From the NCBI GenBank assembly GCA_038243585.1, contig JBBSQY010000064.1, positions 1 to 14,871 of the forward strand: a stretch of 14,871 bases of DNA, written 5' to 3'. The notes under the pieces are model-generated. The model worked only from the letters and a program-made list of their open reading frames with translations. It was not told the origin of the DNA and searched no databases. Shown here one piece after another: positions 8,051 to 14,871 of the stretch. The position numbers and the translations under genes were made by a program. The DNA comes from Candidatus Sumerlaeales bacterium. Lineage in GTDB: Bacteria > Sumerlaeota > Sumerlaeia > Sumerlaeales > Sumerlaeaceae. Each line of letters begins with the position of its first letter. The stretch's first letter is position 1.

Positions 8051-8545
8051 CTACCGCTTCATGTTGGTGAACTGGATTGGCACAGAGATCTCTTCGTTTT
8101 GGCGCAGGAGTTGCATGACTTCCTGAAGATCATCTATTTTTGTCCCCTGCAGGCGCACCTGCTCTCCCTGAATGCTGGCCTGCACTTTCAATTTGCTATC
8201 TTTTACCAGGCGTGTAACCTTGCGGGCGTCGTCTCCGGTGAGGCCTTCTTTCAACTTCACTGTGACGCGGATCATCCCGAGGCTGGCTTCCTCCTCCTTG
8301 CTGTAATCTAAAATTTTGGGATCGACTTTTCGCGAAATAAACCGGGTCGCCAGCATCTCGCGGACCGCCTTATATTTCATGTCGTCTTCTGTAACAAGAC
8401 GGATAGTCTTGTCTTTTTTGTTCAGTTCGAGCTCGGTTTTGCACCCGCGAAAATCATAGCGGGTCTGGATCTCTTTGATCACCGTGTTTACGGCGTTATC
8501 GACTTCCTGCATATCTACTTCACTGACTACGTCTACGGATGGCAT
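8051..8545 (-). CDS. yajQ: YajQ family nucleotide/cyclic-di-GMP-binding protein
   Basis: MPSVDVVSEVDMQEVDNAV, RYDFRG, KLKVQASIQGEQVR, DDLQ, QFTN; 164 aa; SD AGGAG upstream. Confidence 0.95.
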   Translation of the reverse strand: MPSVDVVSEVDMQEVDNAVNTVIKEIQTRYDFRGCKTELELNKKDKTIRLVTEDDMKYKAVREMLATRFISRKVDPKILDYSKEEEASLGMIRVTVKLKEGLTGDDARKVTRLVKDSKLKVQASIQGEQVRLQGTKIDDLQEVMQLLRQNEEISVPIQFTNMKR

Positions 8546-8596
8546 GGGTTGGACACTCCTTTGTTGTGATTGAGCTGTGTAAAAGTTTGGGCACTG

Positions 8597-9607
8597 TCAC
8601 GCATTTGCAACAGCAGGTTTTTGATCGATGCCGCGCAAAATATTTAAGCCGTGAGTGCGGCTGTTTTCTATGAAAATCTCGTTGCTGATGTCGCCGGCTG
8701 CGATGACTCCAGCGACAAACAAACCGGACACGTTAGTCTCCAGAGTCTTGGAGTCAATGGAGGGACGATTGGTTTCAGGATCAATGTGAACCCCAGCTTC
8801 GCTGAGAAGACTTGTCTCCGGGCGGTAGCCGGTCATGGCGATGACAAATTCGTTCTTTATTTTTTGGCGATGGCCATTGGAAGATTCGATTTCGACGGCA
8901 TGGGGCGTGATTTCGATGATAGTTGAATCGAAGTGGGCTTTAATCTCGCCGTTGGCGATGCGGTTATCGAGGTCTGGCTGAAGCCACCACTTAAGGGGCT
9001 GCATTGCCGCGCCGCGATACACGATGGTGACTCTCGCTCCGGCTCGGTATAACAGCAAAGCGGCTTCGGCGGCGCCGTTGCGCCCGCCAACGACTATGAC
9101 GTCGCGGCCCGCGTAGGGGTGGACTTCTTTGTAATAATGAGTGACCTTGTGCAGTTGTTCGCCTGGGACGTCGAGCTTTTTGGGGATCTCGTAGGCGCCG
9201 GTGGCGACGACGACGTAGCGGGTTTCGCGGCGAAACGGCGTGCCCCATTCGTCTGTTCCGGAGACGAGAAAAGCTGGTTCAGCGGCGGACAAAACTTTTT
9301 CAATTTTCTCAACAGTGTGGCCGGTAATGATGTGCAGATTTTTTTCCTGCACGTATCGGCGCATGTAATTCAAGTATTCTTCGCGGGTAGGTTTCTCATG
9401 AGTGATGATGAGCGGCATGCCAGGGAGTTCGACGTTGTGGGCCGTAGAAAAGAATTCCATGTAGATGGGCCATTGAGTTACGGCCTCTGCCATTGCACCC
9501 TTATCATAAATAGCCACTGTAAAGCCAGCCTGCTGAAGGGTTGCACCGACCGCGATGCCGGCAGGGCCGCTACCTATAATGAGGACGTCAAGATTGGATG
9601 AGGTCAT
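8597..9607 (-). CDS. ypdA: YpdA/Bdr-like FAD-dependent NAD(P)H oxidoreductase (putative bacillithiol disulfide reductase family)
   Basis: GSGPAG FAD motif, MEFFST, KPTREEYLNY, VVATG, HYYKEVHPY, VVGGRNGA, AMTGYRP, ETNVSGLFVAGV, IFIENSRTHG. ATG 9607 is preferred over GTG 9646 because the Rossmann fold starts right after it. Confidence 0.85.
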   Translation of the reverse strand: MTSSNLDVLIIGSGPAGIAVGATLQQAGFTVAIYDKGAMAEAVTQWPIYMEFFSTAHNVELPGMPLIITHEKPTREEYLNYMRRYVQEKNLHIITGHTVEKIEKVLSAAEPAFLVSGTDEWGTPFRRETRYVVVATGAYEIPKKLDVPGEQLHKVTHYYKEVHPYAGRDVIVVGGRNGAAEAALLLYRAGARVTIVYRGAAMQPLKWWLQPDLDNRIANGEIKAHFDSTIIEITPHAVEIESSNGHRQKIKNEFVIAMTGYRPETSLLSEAGVHIDPETNRPSIDSKTLETNVSGLFVAGVIAAGDISNEIFIENSRTHGLNILRGIDQKPAVANA

Positions 9608-9706
9608 GAGAGAACTGTAGCTGAACGGGTAGGAAAAATTTGTCACAGGAGTCGCAGAGGAATTGATTCTTACTCATCAGCGATGTTCACCTGCGGAAGA
9701 AGTTGA

Positions 9707-9726
9707 GCCGGGTACGAATACCCGGC
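9707..9726 (-). terminator. Hairpin downstream of ndk (UUCG loop on the minus strand); weak terminator or stabilising stem
   Basis: GCCGGGTA-CGAA-TACCCGGC perfect 8-bp stem; only a poor U-tract follows on the minus strand. Confidence 0.45.
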
Positions 9727-9744
9727 CCGATATATTTGCCTGGG

Positions 9745-10164
9745 CTAGCTGGCTAGTTCTTCTTTTGTGAAAAAGTTAGCGATTTCAATTTCGGCGCGCT
9801 CAGGACTGTCGCTGCCGTGAATCAGGTTTTCTGTCGTTGAGAAAGCGAGGTCACCGCGGATGGTGCCGGCGGCAGCTTCGGTGTGCTTAGTCTTGCCTAT
9901 CATGGCGCGGGTCATGGTGACAGCGTCGTCCCCTTCAAGGACCATGGCAACTACCGGACCACTGAGTATGAACTCTTCCAGTTCCGGATAAAACGATCTG
10001 TTCACGTGTTCGTCGTAATGCTTCTGGGCGAGCTCTTTAGAAATGGTAAGCATTTTAAGGGCAACCAGGCGAAGGCCTTTGCGCTCAAAACGGTCGATAA
10101 TTTCACCAACAAGGGCGCGACGGACGCCGTCGGGTTTTACAAAAATAAGGGTTTTCTCTGCCAT
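9745..10164 (-). CDS. ndk: Nucleoside diphosphate kinase
   Basis: EKTLIFVKPDGV, GEIIDRFERKG, SGPVVAMVLEG, GTIRGD, catalytic NLIHGSDS; SD AGGAG. Confidence 0.98.
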   Translation of the reverse strand: MAEKTLIFVKPDGVRRALVGEIIDRFERKGLRLVALKMLTISKELAQKHYDEHVNRSFYPELEEFILSGPVVAMVLEGDDAVTMTRAMIGKTKHTEAAAGTIRGDLAFSTTENLIHGSDSPERAEIEIANFFTKEELAS

Positions 10165-10267
10165 GATACTGCGTTCTCCTGGAGTAGGTTTATCGGACTA
10201 TTAATAGGATGCGACAGCGAGTATACCGCCGCGAGGCGAAATGCATCATGAGCAGGCTGTTGTTGAC

Positions 10268-10301
10268 AAAAAAAAGCGCGCGGCAATGCTTGCCGCGCGC
10301 T
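10268..10301 (-). terminator. Intrinsic terminator for ppiC
   Basis: 12-bp stem AGCGCGCGGCAA/TTGCCGCGCGCT with an A8 run at 10268-10275 (U-tract on the minus strand). Confidence 0.85.
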
Positions 10302-10333
10302 GGGTTGTTTAGGTAACGTGTTGGTAATAAATG

Positions 10334-10392
10334 CACAGGCTGGATGCCTATGCTACATCAAATTTAAAACACAGGCGGGACGCCTATGCTAC
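10334..10392 (-). repeat. Two tandem 23-nt GTAG-type REP-like elements
   Basis: CACAGGCTGGATGCCTATGCTAC (10334-10356) and CACAGGCGGGACGCCTATGCTAC (10370-10392), 21/23 identical; the minus strand reads GTAG followed by an imperfect palindrome. Confidence 0.8.
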
Positions 10393-10400
10393 TTCAGAAA

Positions 10401-10682
10401 TTAACGTTCTTCAGTTACTTTTATCAAATGATAGCCAAACTGAGTTTTGACGGGCTCGGAAACCTGGTTAACGGATGAGCCAAAGGCCGCTTTTTCAAAC
10501 TCTGGAACCATCATTCCTTTGCCAAAAAAGCCAAGGTCGCCGCCGGATTGACCGCTTGGGCACTTGCTGCTCTGCTTGGCGACCTGCGCAAAATCTTCCC
10601 CGCCATCAATGCGGGTTTTCAGGTCCTTTGCTTCCTGCTCAGTTGGGACAAGTATGTGACAGGCTCTGACTTCGTTTGCCAT
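10401..10682 (-). CDS. ppiC: Parvulin-type peptidyl-prolyl cis-trans isomerase (PpiC/Par10-like)
   Basis: VRACHILV, FAQVAK..SKCPSG..GGDLGFF, MVPEFEKAAF, PVKTQFGYHLIKV; 93 aa; SD AAAGGT. Confidence 0.93.
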   Translation of the reverse strand: MANEVRACHILVPTEQEAKDLKTRIDGGEDFAQVAKQSSKCPSGQSGGDLGFFGKGMMVPEFEKAAFGSSVNQVSEPVKTQFGYHLIKVTEER

Positions 10683-10740
10683 TGTGTGATACCTTTCTTA
10701 CAAATATGGTTTTCTGCCGTTGCAATTTTAACGCCTATGC

Positions 10741-11595
10741 TTAAGCTGAGACGGATGCTATACGGCGGGCGCAATCTTTCATTTCTTCCTGATTTTCCAT
10801 TCCGATGGTGAAGCAGTCGATGACGCCTTGGGCGAGGGTGTATTTCAGCATCTCATCCTGCTGGTGACGCATTTTACCGGCACCAAAGACTTTCATGCCG
10901 ATGATGCCTTTTCCCTGAGACTTCATCTGTTGCAGGATTGGAATGACGACATCCGGCGAAGCGTCCATGGCGACGGTCTTTGAATTCAATCGAGCCAGGT
11001 CCACCTCAACCCACGGTTCTGCAGCCGCGGTTTTCAGGGCCTCAAGGCTATGGCAGGATACGCCTTTTGTGCGAATAATACCTTTTTGTTGAGCTTCTTC
11101 AATAACGTCCATGGCGCCGCGGCGTTTAACGTTCCAGTCGGGATCCGTCATGCAATGAAGGAGGAGGATATCTATCGTTTCTACGCCTAGTTCGCGCCGA
11201 AACCTATCCAGGTCCGCCCGCATATCTTTGGCGGTGGAGGAAGTGGTTTTCGTCATAATAACAACTTTGTCGCGGGGCACGGATTTAAGCGCCTGACGGA
11301 TGTGCGGATGAGATCCATACATATCTGCACTATCCCAAAAGTTTATCCCCTGATCAACCCCCGCATGAAGGCTATCCGCCAATCCCCTCAGGCCGAGCTT
11401 TCGAGTCTGGTTCGAGCTTCCGCCCCACCCGTTTGTTCCGGTGCCAAAGGCTAGCCGGCTAAGCTCAATTTGCTTTGGACCCAGCTTGATAAGGTCGCTG
11501 TGAAGGCGAGGACTGTCCGAGGCAAAGAGGTGTTTTGGAAGAACCGCCACACCTGCAGCGCCAGCACATGCGGTAAAAAATTGTCGTCTGTTCAT
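10741..11595 (-). CDS. Aldo/keto reductase with twin-arginine (Tat) signal peptide
   Basis: MNRRQFF plus hydrophobic stretch; SRLAFGT, WDSADMYG (Asp/Tyr), IMTK (Lys), IDILLLH (His), GVSCH, IGMKVFGAG. Confidence 0.9.
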   Translation of the reverse strand: MNRRQFFTACAGAAGVAVLPKHLFASDSPRLHSDLIKLGPKQIELSRLAFGTGTNGWGGSSNQTRKLGLRGLADSLHAGVDQGINFWDSADMYGSHPHIRQALKSVPRDKVVIMTKTTSSTAKDMRADLDRFRRELGVETIDILLLHCMTDPDWNVKRRGAMDVIEEAQQKGIIRTKGVSCHSLEALKTAAAEPWVEVDLARLNSKTVAMDASPDVVIPILQQMKSQGKGIIGMKVFGAGKMRHQQDEMLKYTLAQGVIDCFTIGMENQEEMKDCARRIASVSA

Positions 11596-11699
11596 CGCAA
11601 TTCTGCTCCGATGTTATTAGGATTTCATCAATGTTTAATGGAAAAGAACAAGCCGCGTCACATGAGACAACAAAACCCGTGAAGTGATTAGAGGCTTTT

Positions 11700-12362
11700 T
11701 TACTTTGTTCCTACATGCAATTCTCGCAGCGTATCTTTTAATTGCACACGCAGAACCTCCATTTGTTCGCGGGTGGAATCTGTCGGGATGATTATTGGCT
11801 CTCCCCAGTGCATTTCAACTTTAGCGAATGGCTTCGCCACCATCATGCGATCCCACGAACGATTGAACCGCCACACGCTGTTTGATCGCACAGCACAAGG
11901 AATTATCGGGGAGCCGGACATGGCGGCTATGGCAATGACGCCTATTTTAGGATCGCCTTCCGGGCCGCGGGGTCCGTCGATCGGAATGATTACGCCATAG
12001 CCCTGCTTAAGACGCCGGGCCATCTGGCGCAATGCGGATTCTGCGCCTTTGGAGGATCCGCCTCGGATGGTGCTGCGTTTAAACAGGTGAACGTATCTGG
12101 TGACCATCCAGCCATCGCGACTACGGCTTGTTAAAACTTCCAGACGTTTGCCAAAGTGAGGTAGTTCCTGCGCGCCAACCACGAGATCCCCGTGATAAAT
12201 AGCATATATAGCCGGACGGTCATTGGCGCGATCCGGATTAATCTTCGTCACCTTCCAAGTGCGGGCAAGGGCACGAAGTACGGCCCATATAAACGGGACA
12301 CCAATATTGTAAAAAAGCCACTGCTCAGAATCCCTGGATATTATGCGTTTTCTCTTTGCCAT
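11700..12362 (-). CDS. Lysophospholipid acyltransferase family protein (DUF374-type)
   Basis: IYAIYHGD, LTSRSRDG, IRGGSSKG, DGPRGP, WDRMMVAKPFAK, GEPI. The start is taken as ATG 12362 (MAKRKR); the track's 12398 start is the alternative. Confidence 0.85.
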   Translation of the reverse strand: MAKRKRIISRDSEQWLFYNIGVPFIWAVLRALARTWKVTKINPDRANDRPAIYAIYHGDLVVGAQELPHFGKRLEVLTSRSRDGWMVTRYVHLFKRSTIRGGSSKGAESALRQMARRLKQGYGVIIPIDGPRGPEGDPKIGVIAIAAMSGSPIIPCAVRSNSVWRFNRSWDRMMVAKPFAKVEMHWGEPIIIPTDSTREQMEVLRVQLKDTLRELHVGTK

Positions 12363-12450
12363 ACGTATCGAATACACAATTTCATTGACCTTGATCAATG
12401 AAAATTGGGATATAAGATTAAATCAGGTCATGGGGGCTGCGCAAGCGAGT

Positions 12451-12466
12451 TGGCATAGATTCTGCT
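12451..12466 (+). promoter_or_regulatory. Candidate sigma54 (-24/-12) promoter upstream of the 12527 gene
   Basis: TGGCATAGATTCTGCT: GG (12452-12453) and GC (12464-12465) separated by exactly 10 nt; intergenic, about 60 nt before the start codon. Confidence 0.5.
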
Positions 12467-12526
12467 GGAGTACTATGCCAGCAGTTCCCATAAATGAAAA
12501 TTTTTGAGGTTAGAAGGAGAAACATT

Positions 12527-12952
12527 ATGTGCGCAATACTTATCCCAGCAATTATCGGTGTAGCAGCTTTAGGTCTACTCGGTGGCGTGGGCGGCGGCAG
12601 CTCGTGTGATTCTTGCGTCGTAATCCCGCAGCAGTCAGGCCAAGGCACAAACGTTGTTGCTGTTTCAGTGCAAGACCAGTACGCCTATGCTCAGCCACAG
12701 CCGTCATACGGCTACGCTCCAGCACCACAACAGCAGGCTTATGCGCCTCAATACGGTGCCCCCGCTCCACAATACGGCGGCCCACAATATGGTGCACCTG
12801 CACCGCAGTATAACAACCCAGGAATGGGAGCCAGCTTAGACGTAAATGGGCAGTCTGCAATAGGCGCAGGCGCTTACTCTAACGATGGCGGAACTGGCAT
12901 CGGGGCAAACATTGGCGGCATTGGTGCTTCAGTGGGAACCCGTAGCTACTAA
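12527..12952 (+). CDS. Hypothetical 141-aa protein: hydrophobic N-terminus, SSCDSC motif, PQYG repeats, Gly-rich C-terminus
   Basis: Strong SD AGAAGGAG before ATG 12527; repeats conserved at protein level with synonymous codon variation; followed by a clear terminator. Confidence 0.75.
   Translation: MCAILIPAIIGVAALGLLGGVGGGSSCDSCVVIPQQSGQGTNVVAVSVQDQYAYAQPQPSYGYAPAPQQQAYAPQYGAPAPQYGGPQYGAPAPQYNNPGMGASLDVNGQSAIGAGAYSNDGGTGIGANIGGIGASVGTRSY
12746..12811 (+). repeat. Coding repeat PQYGAPA-PQYGG-PQYGAPA-PQY
   Basis: Four PQY units with third-position variation (cct caa tac / cca caa tac / cca caa tat / ccg cag tat). Confidence 0.8.
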
Positions 12953-12983
12953 TTATAAGTTTGCGATTAGCTTCTTAGAATAT

Positions 12984-13010
12984 AAAGCGCCGAGAAATCG
13001 GCGCTTTTTT
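12984..13010 (+). terminator. Intrinsic terminator
   Basis: AAAGCGCCGA-GAAA-TCGGCGCTTTTTT: GC stem, GAAA tetraloop, U-tract. Confidence 0.9.
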
Positions 13011-13110
13011 CGTGCAATGAGGCTTTTAGCACACCAAAGAATCGATTAATGCAGCGGGGTTTGTACCCGCTACCATCCTGGTATATAGAAAAAATGGAGA
13101 ACGACTACTC

Positions 13111-13383
13111 ATGTCATGTCTTATCGTCGCGGGAGTGGCGCTTTTAGGTTACAACGAAATGCCAGCACAGATTAATGGTGCATACTGGTCGTCTTGCGAT
13201 TCTTCGTACTGTCGCGCCGCGCATGTACACTGCGGGCCGCAGGCCTCGACGTCTTCAATTCTTAACCGCCCTACTGGTCATGGGTACTCTGTAAGCTACA
13301 ACTACGGCCTTGAGCCTGAGCCAACGGCCACCTGGTCGGGTTCCTCAAGCAGCTATAACCATGGCGGTTATCGTTTAAAATAG
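13111..13383 (+). CDS. Hypothetical 90-aa protein, probable divergent paralog of the 12527 gene
   Basis: GGAG 11 nt before the ATG; shares C..LI..GVA.LG and SSCDS with the upstream ORF; a hairpin follows the stop. Confidence 0.55.
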   Translation: MSCLIVAGVALLGYNEMPAQINGAYWSSCDSSYCRAAHVHCGPQASTSSILNRPTGHGYSVSYNYGLEPEPTATWSGSSSSYNHGGYRLK

Positions 13384-13409
13384 GACTCAAGATGAGAGGT
13401 CTTGAGTTC
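13383..13409 (+). other. Hairpin immediately after the 90-aa ORF stop
   Basis: GGACTCAAGA-TGAGAGG-TCTTGAGTTC, 10-bp stem with one G-U pair; no U-tract. Confidence 0.45.
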
Positions 13410-13487
13410 TCGACCAAGTCCAAGGCCTCTCAAATCTAAAAGCATGAAAAGCCATAACTGCTTTAGCTTTTTGCTATAGGGTATACG

Positions 13488-14105
13488 ATGAGTACTGTTT
13501 CTGAAATTACCGAACGGTTTCGGCAAGCATTGGATTATGCCGCGCGCAAACACGCGATGCAGACTAGAAAAGCATCAGACGTGCCTTACCTGTCTCATTT
13601 ACTCGGTGTTTGTTCAATTGTAATGGATAACACGCAGGACGAAGATGTGTGGATTGCCGCCCTGCTTCATGACGCTATTGAGGATCAGGGCGGCGAACTA
13701 ACCGCTACAGACATTGAGCATCACTTTGGAAAACGAGTGGCTGACCTAGTGCGCGGGTGCAGCGAAATGACCGCTGTGGGCGATATTCCGCGCCCGCCCT
13801 GGCTTGAAAGAAAAATGAGTTACATGGCTGATTTACCGGGCAGCGAGGCGGCGATATTGCTCATTTCTGTCGCAGACAAATTGCACAACGCCAGAAATGT
13901 TTTATCGGACTGGCTGCGATGCGGTGATGAGGCTTATTGCCGTTTCACAACAGGAAAATCGGGAACTCACTGGTATTATCATGAGATCATCAGCCGTTAC
14001 CGCGAATCGAAAAAAGTTCCAGAACACCTGTTACGGGAACTGGAAGTGACAGTTGAGCGGTTTGCGCCGGAAAAAGTGGAACTTTCTGATCTTGAGATTC
14101 CTTAG
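13488..14105 (+). CDS. Stand-alone HD-domain hydrolase, Mesh1/small alarmone hydrolase-like
   Basis: A...H..QTRK...PYLSH, AALLHDAIED, FG..VA.LV, W.ERK..Y, ADKLHN: the RelA/SpoT hydrolase-type pattern with no synthetase domain. Confidence 0.85.
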   Translation: MSTVSEITERFRQALDYAARKHAMQTRKASDVPYLSHLLGVCSIVMDNTQDEDVWIAALLHDAIEDQGGELTATDIEHHFGKRVADLVRGCSEMTAVGDIPRPPWLERKMSYMADLPGSEAAILLISVADKLHNARNVLSDWLRCGDEAYCRFTTGKSGTHWYYHEIISRYRESKKVPEHLLRELEVTVERFAPEKVELSDLEIP

Positions 14106-14125
14106 TTCACACCAAAAAAGTGTAT

Positions 14126-14163
14126 AAAATGGCGGGCGAATGGAAAATTCGCCCGCCATTTTT
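14126..14163. terminator. Bidirectional intrinsic terminator between convergent genes
   Basis: AAAATGGCGGGCGAAT-GGAAA-ATTCGCCCGCCATTTTT, 16-bp perfect stem with A/T tracts on both sides. Confidence 0.9.
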
Positions 14164-14195
14164 ATGTGTGTTGACTGGTGTCGTAAATCCCGGAA

Positions 14196-14870
14196 TTACA
14201 TGGAATCTCCAGGGTTTGTCATGTGGGAACCCATCATTGAGGAAGTCGTTGCGCCGGACATATGTTGAGTTCCGGTGGTGTGTTCCATGCTGGACATCAT
14301 GCTTGTTCCAGTAGTGTGTCCCATGCCGGACATCATGTTTGTTCCGGTAGTGTGCTCCATGCTGGACATCATTCCGGTTCCGGTCGTTGTCGCCATTCCC
14401 GCCGCTCCGGCAGTTCCACCGGCCAGGTCTTTATCCGGCGAAGCATCATTTAAGATTTGAACAGAATTGGTACCTGTTACCAGGACGGTTACCGCAGTGC
14501 CCCCGACGAGGGTTACGGATTTAGTCGCGATGATCTGATCGACTCCATCGGCGTTAACAACCTTAATATTGTAAGAGCCGGGTTTAACGTCGGTATCATC
14601 AGCCTCGGCGTAGTTTACGCCGCGGGCTTCGGTGTCGTCATTCAAGAGCAGTTTTATGGATTTTTGCCCAGGCGCGGCGTTGATCAGTGTAATTTCAACC
14701 TCATCCTGATCCACGTCTTCCTGATCCCCTTCCAATACCACGACTTTTGGATTAGCGGAGTCTTCACTGGGGGTTACCAGAATTGTATATTGCTCGTCGT
14801 TATCATCGAATTCTAATTGTTCGGTAGTCTTTAGCTGACGGCCGTCCGCCAGATTAAGGACAATTGTTTT
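14196..14870 (-). CDS. DUF4397-like beta-rich acidic protein with Met/His/Thr-rich C-terminal repeats; 5' end lies outside the window
   Basis: The frame stays open from 14741 to the window end (KTIVLNLADGRQLKTTEQLEFDDNDEQYTILVTP...). YTILV, ITLINAAPG, VKPGSYNIKV and VTLVGGTAVTVLVTG resemble DUF4397 repeats. Confidence 0.7.
   Translation of the reverse strand, partial: KTIVLNLADGRQLKTTEQLEFDDNDEQYTILVTPSEDSANPKVVVLEGDQEDVDQDEVEITLINAAPGQKSIKLLLNDDTEARGVNYAEADDTDVKPGSYNIKVVNADGVDQIIATKSVTLVGGTAVTVLVTGTNSVQILNDASPDKDLAGGTAGAAGMATTTGTGMMSSMEHTTGTNMMSGMGHTTGTSMMSSMEHTTGTQHMSGATTSSMMGSHMTNPGDSM
14254..14387 (-). repeat. 36-bp (12-aa) coding tandem repeat, about 3.7 copies, TTGTxMMSxMxH
   Basis: GTTCCrGTnGT anchors at 14269, 14305, 14341 and 14377 (period 36); translates to TTGTGMMSSMEH TTGTNMMSGMGH TTGTSMMSSMEH TTGTQHMSG. 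Confidence 0.92.
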
Positions 14871-14871
14871 A

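Noticed and set aside
10334..10392. Mini CRISPR array
   Set aside because: Only two 23-nt copies with a 13-nt gap, no cas genes, and a GTAG-palindrome form typical of REPs.
12527..13383. RiPP or double-glycine bacteriocin cluster
   Set aside because: GG and Cys/Ser motifs are present, but no modifying enzyme, peptidase or transporter lies nearby, and the leaders are hydrophobic rather than typical double-glycine leaders.
8051..14105. Dedicated nucleotide-signalling module (yajQ, ndk, Mesh1-like)
   Set aside because: The genes are separated by terminators, unrelated genes and strand switches; co-location is probably incidental.
14254..14387. CRISPR-like 36-bp periodicity
   Set aside because: The units are contiguous with no unique spacers and stay in frame as a protein repeat.
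14262..14816. Plus-strand ORFs over the Met/His repeat gene
   Set aside because: Antisense by-products of the repeat; the minus frame is open to the window edge and ends at a bidirectional terminator.

Overview
Bacterial chromosomal window, mostly housekeeping and cell-envelope genes. In order: the 3' end of smc; a secreted DUF3494 ice-binding/GEVED multidomain protein ending in a short SAVDNWTMY tail; an L,D-transpeptidase with a Q/Y/P-rich linker; a minus-strand run (5'-truncated, catalytically degenerate MmeI-like DNA methyltransferase/TRD gene, orphan pstB, yajQ, cysteine-free YpdA-like reductase, ndk, ppiC, Tat-signal aldo/keto reductase, DUF374-type acyltransferase); two small tandem plus-strand orphans sharing a hydrophobic N-terminus and an SSCDS motif; a Mesh1-like HD hydrolase; and the 3' end of a DUF4397-like gene with a Met/His-rich 36-bp tandem repeat. 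Several intrinsic terminators and REP-like palindromes are visible. I found no rRNA, tRNA, CRISPR array or intact mobile element. The SAVxxWxxY tail suggests Candidatus Sumerlaeota (BRC1), but this is from memory and unverified. Best leads for something undescribed: (1) the C-terminal tail as a lineage-specific protein-sorting signal, (2) the dead but still open MmeI-like gene, (3) the SSCDS paralog pair with its structured or sigma54-like upstream element. All family assignments come from motif recognition by eye; no searches were run.
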